Source: a virus (lineage: Duplodnaviria; Caudoviricetes). Taken from it: 57,718 nt of DNA. Below are positions 1 through 8,254 of this stretch, in pieces. Under the pieces are notes generated by a model. The model was given only the letters and a program-made list of their open reading frames with translations. It had not been told where the DNA came from and made no database searches. A program made the translations under genes and the position numbers. Location: the IMG/VR virus record IMGVR_UViG_3300025769_000008, positions 1 to 57,718 of that record; one strand, 5' to 3'. Within the stretch, counting starts at the first letter, position 1; each line of letters opens with the position of its first letter.

Positions 1-36
1 AGATGGTGTTGATGCTGACTTAGTTGAGGGCATAGA
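1..36. repeat. Terminal direct repeat, left copy (circular-assembly overlap)
   Basis: AGATGGTGTTGATGCTGACTTAGTTGAGGGCATAGA at 1-36 is identical to 57683-57718, and the reading frame of the giant ORF continues across the join. Confidence 0.95.
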
Positions 37-2854
37 AAGAACAGGTGGTAAAGGTAAGCCCCCAGAAAAATCTTGGGGTGCAAGATTAGTAGAAATAGCT
101 AAAGACCCTATTACTAATATAAGTAATTACTTTGGAAACTTTAGACAGAACTTTATAGATAAATTAGATGCTGTTGATAAAGCAATTGTTAATGCTATTG
201 AAACTAATGAAGAAGTAAGACAAGCTAATAATACAGCAGATACTGCAACTATGGCTGCTATTAGATTAGCAGATAGAGCCAGAGGTTTGTTTCAACAAAT
301 GCTTACTAAAGGCACTATAAATAGCCGTATAGAAGGAGAAGATTCTTTAGCTAATGTTATTAAAAGTGAAGATGGAGGGTTAATAGAAATACTATCTCCT
401 CTTTACTCAAGACCTGAATTAGATTTAGAAAGAATATTTAAGTTTTATGCTTCTCTTAAAAGAACACAAGAGTTTGATAAAAATGGTAGATTAGTAGCCT
501 CTCCTATTACAGAAGCTGATTTTGCTCTTATAGATAAAATTGAAGCTCAGTATCCTGAAGTTAAAAATGTATTTGATGCTTATCAAAGATGGAACAATGA
601 ATTAATTACTTTTGCAGAAGAAAAAGGATTATTAAGTAAATTTAAATCTAATAATGAAATTATAAAAGAACTTGCAGAAAAAGTAGAAAAAGGCGAAATA
701 ACTTTAGACCCATCTTTAATTCCTAGTTTAGTTGAATTATCCAATGCTAATAATGGACTAAGTGTAGAAGAGATTGTAAATATTGGTAATCAATACGGAA
801 TAGATACAAGAGGACAGGCAGAAATTTGGAGAGAGCAATCTTCATATTATCCTTTCTATAGGAATATGGTAGATGATTCTGGTATAACTGCACCAACAAT
901 AGCAGGTGGTGCATTACCTAATAATCCTTTAAGTATAAAACTAGAAGGTTCTGAAGATATATTAAATGTTGATCCTCTTGAAGCAATAACTAGAAACTCT
1001 TTATCTATTCTTACAGCTTCATTAAAAAATGATGGATTAAATAAATTAATAAGAGACCTAGAGTTAGTTGGTGAAGCTAAGTTAATAAGTCCTGAACAAG
1101 CAGGTAAAACAGATTCTATATTTGTTTTTAGAGAGGGAATTAAATATCACTATGCAGTAGATAGCAATTTAGTTGAAGGCATACAAGGTATAGGTGGTGT
1201 AGGAACTGGACCAATACAAAAAGTTTTAGCTCTACCAGCAGCTTTACTTAGAGATACAGTTACTCGTGACCCTGGATTTGTTGTAGTTAATATACTCAGA
1301 GATACATTGTCATCTGCTGTAACAAGTGGTGCTGACTTTGTGCCAGTCAAAGATTCTTTAGTCAATATGTTTAGAGACATGGAAGACTTAGAACAATTTG
1401 GTGTTTTAGGTGGATATGATTTTTCCAATGATGAGGGTAGTGTTAAACAATACATAACTCGTACCATGAGACAACAAGGACTATCACCTAGTAATGGTAT
1501 GTCCGCTAAAGATGCTTTCTTTAAATTATGGGATGGACTTGGAGCTTTAACTACAAAATCAGACGGAGCTACTCGTTTAGCGGTATATGAAGCAGTACAT
1601 AAAAAATTAAAAGACCAAGGATACACAGAAGCACAGGCTCAATCTGAAGCTGCTTATCAGGCACTAGAAATAATTAATTTCGGCAGAAGAGGACAAGACC
1701 CTTTATTTAGAGTTATAACATCTGCAATACCTTTCTTAAATGCAAGAGTACAAGGTCTAGATGTTTTATATAGATCATTTACTGGTCAATATTCTGCTGT
1801 AGAAAAACTACAAGCTAACGAAACATTAGAAGATGTACAAAATAGAATACTTAGAAAAGCAGCACTTAACGCTTCATTACTAACGTCTATCACTCTTTTA
1901 TACTATTTAATGGTGCATGATACAGATGAATACAGAAATCTAAAACGTGAGGTCAGAGATGATAACTGGGTAGTACCAACACCATTTGATTATGCTATTA
2001 AGATACCAATACCTTTTGAAGTAGGTATGTTATTTAAGGCTATACCTGAAAGAGTATTTGACTTAACCCTAGGTGATGATGCTTTCAGTCAAAAATCAGT
2101 TGATGAATTATTAACATCAACAGGTCGTCAATTAGAGACATCTTTAAATCTTCCATTTATACAACCTGGAGGTGGACTACAAATACTTAAACCTTTAGCT
2201 GAAGCAGTCAGTAATAGAAATAGTTACACAGGACAAGACATTGTTCCTTACTATCAACTTCAAAGAGAACCTGGATTGCAAGCTAGAACTACTACCAATC
2301 AATTAGCCAAAGAAATCGGTGAACTGTTTAACATATCACCCGCCAAGATAGAGCACGTTTTAAGAGGTTATACGGGTACTTTAGGAGGATATGTACTCGC
2401 ACTAGCAGACACACTAACTCGTGGTGCTACAGGCGAACCTATCCTTCCTAACAATGTTGATTTAGCCAAACAATTACCTGTTGTTAATAGGCTTCTATTG
2501 GACACAGAAAAGGCGGGAGGACTGCAACAACAATTCTATGAACTTAGAAGTGAAGTAGATAGAGCAGTAGCTACGATTAACGCTCTCAAGAAACAACAAC
2601 GCTTTGATGAACTATCAGCTTACAGAAGCAATATGAAAGGTGTTGTGGGGGTCAAGGGTCAAGTAAGAGCCTTAGAAAGATACTTGGACAATTGGAGAAA
2701 GAAAAGAGACAGATTGATGAGAAACGAAAACATATCTGTAATTGCCAAGTCAGACAAGCTTAGAGAAATGGAACTAGAAAGAGATAGAAGACTAGCCTTC
2801 GTTCCTGAACTAAGAAAAAGAGCTAGAGTGCCCGTCATAAATCTGAACCTCTAA
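2..2854 (+). CDS. C-terminal part of giant polyvalent/internal virion protein (LPD38-like C-terminus); continues from 52998 across the circular join
   Basis: The frame is open from position 2 and in frame with ORF 251..2854. The C-terminal pattern (INFGRRG, IPFLNARVQG, RDDNWVVP, IKIPIPFEVG) resembles large polyvalent protein domain 38. Confidence 0.8.
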   Translation, partial: DGVDADLVEGIERTGGKGKPPEKSWGARLVEIAKDPITNISNYFGNFRQNFIDKLDAVDKAIVNAIETNEEVRQANNTADTATMAAIRLADRARGLFQQMLTKGTINSRIEGEDSLANVIKSEDGGLIEILSPLYSRPELDLERIFKFYASLKRTQEFDKNGRLVASPITEADFALIDKIEAQYPEVKNVFDAYQRWNNELITFAEEKGLLSKFKSNNEIIKELAEKVEKGEITLDPSLIPSLVELSNANNGLSVEEIVNIGNQYGIDTRGQAEIWREQSSYYPFYRNMVDDSGITAPTIAGGALPNNPLSIKLEGSEDILNVDPLEAITRNSLSILTASLKNDGLNKLIRDLELVGEAKLISPEQAGKTDSIFVFREGIKYHYAVDSNLVEGIQGIGGVGTGPIQKVLALPAALLRDTVTRDPGFVVVNILRDTLSSAVTSGADFVPVKDSLVNMFRDMEDLEQFGVLGGYDFSNDEGSVKQYITRTMRQQGLSPSNGMSAKDAFFKLWDGLGALTTKSDGATRLAVYEAVHKKLKDQGYTEAQAQSEAAYQALEIINFGRRGQDPLFRVITSAIPFLNARVQGLDVLYRSFTGQYSAVEKLQANETLEDVQNRILRKAALNASLLTSITLLYYLMVHDTDEYRNLKREVRDDNWVVPTPFDYAIKIPIPFEVGMLFKAIPERVFDLTLGDDAFSQKSVDELLTSTGRQLETSLNLPFIQPGGGLQILKPLAEAVSNRNSYTGQDIVPYYQLQREPGLQARTTTNQLAKEIGELFNISPAKIEHVLRGYTGTLGGYVLALADTLTRGATGEPILPNNVDLAKQLPVVNRLLLDTEKAGGLQQQFYELRSEVDRAVATINALKKQQRFDELSAYRSNMKGVVGVKGQVRALERYLDNWRKKRDRLMRNENISVIAKSDKLREMELERDRRLAFVPELRKRARVPVINLNL

Positions 2855-3175
2855 TTCATCTATAAGTTTCTCTTCTTTCAACTGTTTCAGCCTAAAGAAC
2901 TCATTGTGTTCAGGGTAACGAGCATGGAATAAACGGGCATAGAAGCCTATATAGTCATTACTTATCTTGAACTCTCCTCCGTTAGTTTCTATCTCACTAT
3001 GCCACCTAATGCGATTAACTATCGCCCAATGAGAGTAATGCTTTCTTCCTGTGGCAATTGCTTCCAAAGTATACTGCTCAAACTTCTCCCACACTTCAGG
3101 GTTTTGTTTGTGCCATTCCCACCAAGCTTCCTTCCTTTCTTGTAAATCATCTTTTAATTGTTCTACTAATTTCAT
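2810..3175 (-). CDS. Hypothetical phage protein
   Basis: ORF track 2810..3244; GGAGG RBS at 3180-3184 favours the ATG at 3175. Confidence 0.75.
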   Translation of the reverse strand: MKLVEQLKDDLQERKEAWWEWHKQNPEVWEKFEQYTLEAIATGRKHYSHWAIVNRIRWHSEIETNGGEFKISNDYIGFYARLFHARYPEHNEFFRLKQLKEEKLIDELEVQIYDGHSSSFS

Positions 3176-3192
3176 ATCGCCTCCAGATTTAA

Positions 3193-3681
3193 TTAACCAG
3201 TAAATATTTTTTTCTCTGAGATGGTAAAGATTTCCAACAAACACCTCGGATTATCTTTATCCACCCCCCCAAATTTATAAACCACTTCTTTGATTTGTTC
3301 AAAGCTATCATCTTCTAGTATCTCTGCCTTCACCAAAGCATCACAAGCAAACTTGTCTATGATTGAACAGGGATTACTAATGTCTAATCTTCTATTACTT
3401 CTAGCGTAATAGGTAAATACCAACTTCACAGGCTCGGTAAACCTCGGATAATCTTTAATCCTTTCTACTAATTGTTCTGAGTAAAGTTTCTTTGAAGTAG
3501 ACAACACTCGGTAATGTGCGTTGCGGTAGTTGTTTAGGTTCAGTATGAACTTCTTTTTCTTGGAGTAGTAGATTTCGAGGGGCAGCTCGATAAGGATCGA
3601 ATTTTCTGTGACTGGTAAATATTTTTTTTGTGCAGCGTCACGCTGCGTGTTATTTTTCAATAAAAACCAAAAAGGTATCAT
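3193..3681 (-). CDS. rusA: RusA-like Holliday junction resolvase
   Basis: Motif RLDISNPCSIIDKFACDALVKAEILEDD matches the RusA D-x-x-N...K...D-A-L...DD pattern. Start codon uncertain. Confidence 0.75.
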   Translation of the reverse strand: MIPFWFLLKNNTQRDAAQKKYLPVTENSILIELPLEIYYSKKKKFILNLNNYRNAHYRVLSTSKKLYSEQLVERIKDYPRFTEPVKLVFTYYARSNRRLDISNPCSIIDKFACDALVKAEILEDDSFEQIKEVVYKFGGVDKDNPRCLLEIFTISEKKIFTG

Positions 3682-3820
3682 TATCTTTCCTCACCATTGC
3701 TACAACATCCTCATCCTTCATTTTCCTTTCTGCACCTGTAAATGACTTAGCTTTAATCTCGCTAGCTTCTATAACCAACTGTTCATCTGTACTGTCAAAC
3801 GTAATTGATTTAAGTCTCAT
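3650..3820 (-). CDS. Small hypothetical protein (56 aa, MRLKSITFDS...)
   Basis: Read by hand. Its ATG overlaps the end of the upstream gene and it fills the gap in the operon; it is below the ORF-track cutoff. Confidence 0.6.
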   Translation of the reverse strand: MRLKSITFDSTDEQLVIEASEIKAKSFTGAERKMKDEDVVAMVRKDNDTFLVFIEK

Positions 3821-4112
3821 CTAGTATTTCCTTTACTTGATCTAATAATTCTTGTTCTGTTCCGTATCGCTTTTCAAACTCTTTCTTCCAAGGATGCCTA
3901 CTGACCCACATACCATTCATTGTTCCTTCTCGGTGATGCTGAAAGCAAAGAGGTAACACTAATAAATGTGCATTATCTTTTGTCTTGCCTTGAGTATGGT
4001 GAATCTCACTCGGTACAAATAGGTTGCCTTGATTCCTACAGACAATACATCCTATTTGGCTTACCTTGTCCATATGTCTTTTCTCTTCAGCAGTAGGGTT
4101 TCTTCCTTTCAT
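3810..4112 (-). CDS. Ref/DUF968-like HNH-type recombination nuclease
   Basis: CIVC...EIHH...LPLCFQHHR zinc-binding/HNH-like motif. Confidence 0.7.
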   Translation of the reverse strand: MKGRNPTAEEKRHMDKVSQIGCIVCRNQGNLFVPSEIHHTQGKTKDNAHLLVLPLCFQHHREGTMNGMWVSRHPWKKEFEKRYGTEQELLDQVKEILDET

Positions 4113-4444
4113 GCACCATATCTAGCTTGCTCTTTCCTAGCAGATACTTGTTTAGTTCTCCACTCCTCAAAACCTACCTCTAATCCTTTCAGATTTACCT
4201 TGAGAGCAGACAAAGTTCCTTTTGCCACTCCAACTCTAAGTCTAGCTTCATACAACTCGTCTGAAGCTTCTGCGTAAGTTTCCTGTGCTGATGTTGTTTT
4301 GATTCCCTCTCCCAAGGCTTTGAGTTTTAACTGTGCTTGTAGTTTCTTTACTTTAGCTTCACACTTATGCACCTCATACTCGGTCTGTTCCATTGTCGGA
4401 GCAAGACTTCGGATTTTGTGCATCCAATTCTCTTGTTGTTCCAT
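4109..4444 (-). CDS. Coiled-coil hypothetical protein (weak resemblance to recombination mediators)
   Basis: ORF track 4109..4519; likely start MEQQENW at 4444; located in the recombination module. Confidence 0.65.
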   Translation of the reverse strand: MEQQENWMHKIRSLAPTMEQTEYEVHKCEAKVKKLQAQLKLKALGEGIKTTSAQETYAEASDELYEARLRVGVAKGTLSALKVNLKGLEVGFEEWRTKQVSARKEQARYGA

Positions 4445-4574
4445 GTTGATTTTCCTGTGACTGGTTAATATTTTTTTTGCTGATGGTAGCAGGATCAGAG
4501 TTTCTGAATATGCGATCAAAGTTTTCTTGAAACTTATTATTGTCTTCAGGTCTTCTTTTACTGCCCTTGCTCAT
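4374..4574 (-). CDS. Small phage peptide (MSKGSKRRP...FQENFDRIF)
   Basis: ATGA coupling to the upstream gene; the N-terminal motif resembles small basic peptides common in phages. Confidence 0.5.
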   Translation of the reverse strand: MSKGSKRRPEDNNKFQENFDRIFRNSDPATISKKNINQSQENQHGTTRELDAQNPKSCSDNGTDRV

Positions 4575-4768
4575 CTGTCTTTAAGTAGATTGCTGATAGT
4601 TTCTTTGATTGATTTTCTTCCATACTGTTCACTAAATACTCTCTCAGCAATAGTACGAGAGTAGGGTTCTTCGTTGTTATCCCTTCTCTCTTTACTGTTC
4701 ATGGAGTACCAAGTGTTGAAGTTACCTTCATAGGAATCGTTATCGTCATATTCAAATACTTCACTCAT
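4571..4768 (-). CDS. Hypothetical protein
   Basis: Translationally coupled ORF in the operon. Confidence 0.65.
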   Translation of the reverse strand: MSEVFEYDDNDSYEGNFNTWYSMNSKERRDNNEEPYSRTIAERVFSEQYGRKSIKETISNLLKDR

Positions 4769-5087
4769 GTTTCCCCCTTATTTCTTGAAATTCATCTAGT
4801 ATCTTTTTGGTTTTACCATACATATCATGGATAACCCTAGAATAGCTTTCAGATTTAATAGATACATGATTATCGTGTGCTTCATCTTCATGCACTATGC
4901 AATAATCTAAATAATCATTTATATCTTTTATCTTACTCATAACATCTTCATGCCTACAAATAGGACATCCATATCCTTTCAGATGTTCGTCAGGAGTAGC
5001 TAAGAAATCACCATGACGAGGACATCCTATTGTGGTGTCCTCATCCATGATTATATATTTATCTTCAGAAGGGGATATCATCATCAC
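4761..5087 (-). CDS. DUF723-like zinc-ribbon protein
   Basis: CPRHGDF...HLKGYGCPIC motif. Confidence 0.6.
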   Translation of the reverse strand: MMMISPSEDKYIIMDEDTTIGCPRHGDFLATPDEHLKGYGCPICRHEDVMSKIKDINDYLDYCIVHEDEAHDNHVSIKSESYSRVIHDMYGKTKKILDEFQEIRGKHE

Positions 5088-5370
5088 TCAATTCAGGCTT
5101 TGCTTGCTCAACAACAGGCGGTGTAGGTTCAGCCTGTCTTTGTGGTTGAGGTATATCCAAACGAGCATACTTGTACTCATTGCCATTCTTAGAAGTTCTA
5201 TCCCAAAGGGCAACTCGCATTTCTGCTTCTTCCCCACCTTTTACTTTCTCCACTAAAGCTTTAAGTAGATTCTTATCTAAAGTAACCTTGCCTGTCCAAT
5301 CAGGTTGCTTATCGTTCTGCTTATAGTTATTAGTGTAGATTGCTCCGTCACTCTGCATTCTCTCTTCCAT
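5065..5370 (-). CDS. Single-stranded DNA-binding protein (phage type)
   Basis: KQPDWTG motif, acidic C-terminal DDDIPF tail, adjacent to the annealase. Confidence 0.75.
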   Translation of the reverse strand: MEERMQSDGAIYTNNYKQNDKQPDWTGKVTLDKNLLKALVEKVKGGEEAEMRVALWDRTSKNGNEYKYARLDIPQPQRQAEPTPPVVEQAKPELSDDDIPF

Positions 5371-6074
5371 TACTTCACCTCCTTAGATGATTCTTTTAAA
5401 TTTTCTACATATTGAAGAGATAGATCATCTAACCTTTTCTTTTGGTCAGGGAATTTATCTTTCAACACCTTTATCTGTTCGGCATTAGCTTTGTATTGAC
5501 CTTTAACTTCTTCAGGAGTCTCAGCAATAGTTACTACCTTTAAAAATCCGTCAACAAAAGCATTCGCCCACGCTTCGTTATAATCAAAGTCGTCTTCCTG
5601 TTTAGGTTCTTCCTTTACAGGTTCTTCCTTCTTAGGTTCAGGCTTCTTTCCAACAGGCTTCTCTTCTTTGGCATCAGCATCAGGCAAGTCTTCACCCGCA
5701 TAAATGTAATGCCCTAAACCCCACATACCTAAACACTTAGTCAAACACCTCATCTTAGAAGTGTTTACTTGAAATGAATTAGGATTGATTACAGGTTGGT
5801 TCTTGTGGTTCATTATGGGTAGCCACATTTCCCTAACGAGATCACCTATGGAAACTCTACACCTAACTTCACAAGTTCCGTCAGGCAAGGTAACAAAAGG
5901 AACATGGTTATCATCCTCATAGAAACTATACTTAGCTTCAGGATAATGCTCCATTAATACACCCCATGCCCATGCCCAAGAAAGATAAGTTAAGTTCATC
6001 TTCTTCTCTGTATGCTCAGATACATCTACCTTAGATAAAGTATCCCATACATCCTTATACGTTAAATCAGCCAC
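5370..6074 (-). CDS. Sak/Rad52-like single-strand annealing protein (DUF1071)
   Basis: LTYLSWAWAW, MWLPIMNHKN and MRCLTKCLGMWGLGHYIYAGEDLP motifs. Confidence 0.85.
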   Translation of the reverse strand: MADLTYKDVWDTLSKVDVSEHTEKKMNLTYLSWAWAWGVLMEHYPEAKYSFYEDDNHVPFVTLPDGTCEVRCRVSIGDLVREMWLPIMNHKNQPVINPNSFQVNTSKMRCLTKCLGMWGLGHYIYAGEDLPDADAKEEKPVGKKPEPKKEEPVKEEPKQEDDFDYNEAWANAFVDGFLKVVTIAETPEEVKGQYKANAEQIKVLKDKFPDQKKRLDDLSLQYVENLKESSKEVK

Positions 6075-6436
6075 TACGCTACCTCCTTATTTTTAGTTAG
6101 TCGTTTATATTTATCTTCAAATTCACACATCATGTCAGATTCAGGCAAGTGCTTACTCATTATGATTGCATCTGTCATAGATAATTTTTTCATTGTTTGC
6201 ACGCTATAAAGTTCGTGATCACCCCAATAAGCATCTTGTTCTTCATCCCATTCAAGATCAGAACAACAAGCATATTCAAGAATAGTTTGCTCCTCTAAGT
6301 CCATGCCTTCGTTTTCAAACTTAATCTTAGAAAAGTATGTTTCCAAGTCAGGACAGATAATAAGAAATCTATCTATGAATTCTTTATCACCACTCCTTGT
6401 CCAAGTCTCAATATAGTAATTGCATCTAGGTATCAT
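6074..6436 (-). CDS. Hypothetical protein
   Basis: Coupled ORF in the operon. Confidence 0.65.
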   Translation of the reverse strand: MIPRCNYYIETWTRSGDKEFIDRFLIICPDLETYFSKIKFENEGMDLEEQTILEYACCSDLEWDEEQDAYWGDHELYSVQTMKKLSMTDAIIMSKHLPESDMMCEFEDKYKRLTKNKEVA

Positions 6437-6576
6437 CTGTCACCCCCCATATCTATGATTAAATGATCTTTCATCCACTCTCTGCTGATTCCTTCTTCAG
6501 CTAGCTTATCCTTCATGCGATTCTCATATCGCTTGAGCATAGCTTTATTTCGTCTTTCTTTTACTTTGTTATTCAT
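6433..6576 (-). CDS. Small hypothetical protein (47 aa, MNNKVKERRN...)
   Basis: Read by hand; overlaps both neighbours (ATGA at its 3' end), with GAGGTG upstream. Confidence 0.55.
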   Translation of the reverse strand: MNNKVKERRNKAMLKRYENRMKDKLAEEGISREWMKDHLIIDMGGDR

Positions 6577-7339
6577 CACCCACCTCGCTAGGGTCGTAGT
6601 TTTTATTTAATTTCCAATATGCCAATAAAGCATTGAACATATCCCTGTGTCTCGGATGTGTCACTTCATCCCATACATGACAAGCAATTAAGCTTGTGTC
6701 CTCTCTATCAATAAAGATAGAAATACGTTCCGCAGTCTCAAACCCACATCCTTGAACGTAGGCTGATAACTGCATACCATGTTCGTCATATACCAATCTA
6801 TTAGGGTCTTTGCCCCTCAAGTCATCTTTGGTTTTAAAATCTATAAATATCCCTGTTTCAGAATACAAGTCTATCTTTCCTCCATAGCCTTCTTTAGCAC
6901 AAAAGGAATCCTCTGCTATCCATGTTTCTAAGGGGTAATGTTCATCTAGCCAATCTTTTACTGCTAGATATGGTTCTGATTCTTTGCCTGATATAAATCC
7001 TTCTTCTATTTCGTAGTGTATCTCGCTTCCTCTTTCTGCTGATTTTTGTCCTACTAATTTAGAATGCTCTCTAGTCCTTCTTATATATTCATCTATGGTT
7101 TCATTAGGCTCTATATCCAAAACCATAGTAGACTTGATTGCTTCTTTTATTTTCCATTCCTCCAAGGCGGGCTTTGCAGATACACCAAGAATGCCTGTGA
7201 CTGAAGGAACGAATCTATGTTTTCTTGCATCAGCTAACGTGGTGTTTCTTTCTTTGCCATTAGCACCTATGATTGTGTACATAGGCTCACCTTCTTGTGT
7301 ATACCAATGCCCTGATTCTGAAGTGTGTTTATCTGTCAT
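6569..7339 (-). CDS. PD-(D/E)XK exonuclease
   Basis: PSVTGILG, RGSEIH, YGGKIDL..IDFKT and QLSAY motifs; likely partner of the Sak annealase. Confidence 0.8.
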   Translation of the reverse strand: MTDKHTSESGHWYTQEGEPMYTIIGANGKERNTTLADARKHRFVPSVTGILGVSAKPALEEWKIKEAIKSTMVLDIEPNETIDEYIRRTREHSKLVGQKSAERGSEIHYEIEEGFISGKESEPYLAVKDWLDEHYPLETWIAEDSFCAKEGYGGKIDLYSETGIFIDFKTKDDLRGKDPNRLVYDEHGMQLSAYVQGCGFETAERISIFIDREDTSLIACHVWDEVTHPRHRDMFNALLAYWKLNKNYDPSEVGDE

Positions 7340-7553
7340 CTTCACTTTCCTCTTTCTTATATGCACACACAACAAAGTTATATCCCTCTGCATCTGTATC
7401 TAAATCTAATAGGTCAGTAAGAATAGTTAGCACGTTTACTTTATGGGATTCAGCATAATCAACACCAAACCACACACCTTTAGGTGCTACTGTCCACCCC
7501 CCTTTTTCTAGTTCTTTTCTAGTTATCATTTCGTGTTTACTCATATTCTCCAC
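7329..7553 (-). CDS. Hypothetical protein
   Basis: ORF overlapping both neighbours in the operon. Confidence 0.6.
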   Translation of the reverse strand: MENMSKHEMITRKELEKGGWTVAPKGVWFGVDYAESHKVNVLTILTDLLDLDTDAEGYNFVVCAYKKEESEDDR

Positions 7554-7783
7554 ACCCCTACACCCTCTTCTCTAGTTAGGACACGAAACTTAGCTTCAGG
7601 ATGTTTGTGTGTATATCTCAGGCAATAGTTTCTAATTATCTTTATCTCTTGCCTTATCTTTCCTTTAGGAAGTTCAATCATAATATGATCACCCTCCTTC
7701 ATGTCCTCCAATGGGAGGTCATATTTCCTAGGCTTGCCCCTACCAACAGGCAAGGGTACACCTTCCTTAATTTCAAATTCCAT
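7541..7783 (-). CDS. Small putative DNA-binding protein
   Basis: IKEGVPLP..RKY..EDMKEGD...GVGVWR pattern common in phages; AGGAG RBS. Confidence 0.65.
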   Translation of the reverse strand: MEFEIKEGVPLPVGRGKPRKYDLPLEDMKEGDHIMIELPKGKIRQEIKIIRNYCLRYTHKHPEAKFRVLTREEGVGVWRI

Positions 7784-7801
7784 TAGTTACTCCTTTTGAT
7801 T

Positions 7802-7817
7802 TGTTCCACGTGAAACT
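7802..7817. promoter_or_regulatory. Chromosomal-type parS site
   Basis: TGTTCCACGTGAAACT matches the parS consensus TGTTNCACGTGAAACA at 15 of 16 positions; lies between divergent genes. Confidence 0.7.
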
Positions 7818-7873
7818 GTTGCTCATTTATCGCTCCAACTAATAATGATTTAATGATGTTACCATGAAGTCTT

Positions 7874-7902
7874 GATAATGTGCAAGTTATAATTTATAGT
7901 GT
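7874..7902 (+). promoter_or_regulatory. Putative sigma70 promoter (approximate coordinates), near-leaderless
   Basis: TTGATA-17nt-TATAGT ending about 6 nt before the ATG at 7907. Confidence 0.4.
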
Positions 7903-7906
7903 CTGA

Positions 7907-8164
7907 ATGGAGAAGCAACTAGCGAAAATAGACTCTTTAATTGTCAAACAGGCAGTAAGAGATGTAGCTAGTAAAGACGTGAATACATCTACTGAAGCAC
8001 TCTCCTATTTTATCTCAAAAGATTTTTATGATCTGTGCCAAAGAAATAATATGGATGCAGATATGATTCTAATGAGCATAAAAGAATTGAATAAATACCC
8101 ATTGTTATCACGAAAAAAAATGTCAAATGACATAGCTAGAGTTATTGATAGGCAGTTCGTGTGA
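7907..8164 (+). CDS. Hypothetical protein
   Basis: ORF track; first gene of the rightward replication unit. Confidence 0.65.
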   Translation: MEKQLAKIDSLIVKQAVRDVASKDVNTSTEALSYFISKDFYDLCQRNNMDADMILMSIKELNKYPLLSRKKMSNDIARVIDRQFV

Positions 8165-8172
8165 GGGGTATA

Positions 8173-8234
8173 TAGTAAGTATAGATATACTTACTAAGTT
8201 TTAATTAATAAGTAACTACTAAGTAGTAAGTATA
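8173..8234. repeat. TAGTAAGTATA inverted and direct repeats upstream of the primase-helicase
   Basis: Perfect 11-bp inverted repeat at 8173-8183/8186-8196 and a third copy at 8224-8234, in AT-rich DNA. Confidence 0.7.
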
Positions 8235-8254
8235 TACATCATGGAGCAAAAAAA

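Noticed and set aside
1-36. 36-bp terminal repeat as a biological DTR or att site
   Set aside because: It falls mid-gene and the frame is restored only when one copy is removed, which is typical of assembler overlap on a circular contig.
1150-1626. Antisense ORFs in the track (this one, 8479-8841, 19876-20319, 33186-33479, 46653-46991 and others)
   Set aside because: They are shadows of long sense-strand genes, with no RBS or recognisable motifs.
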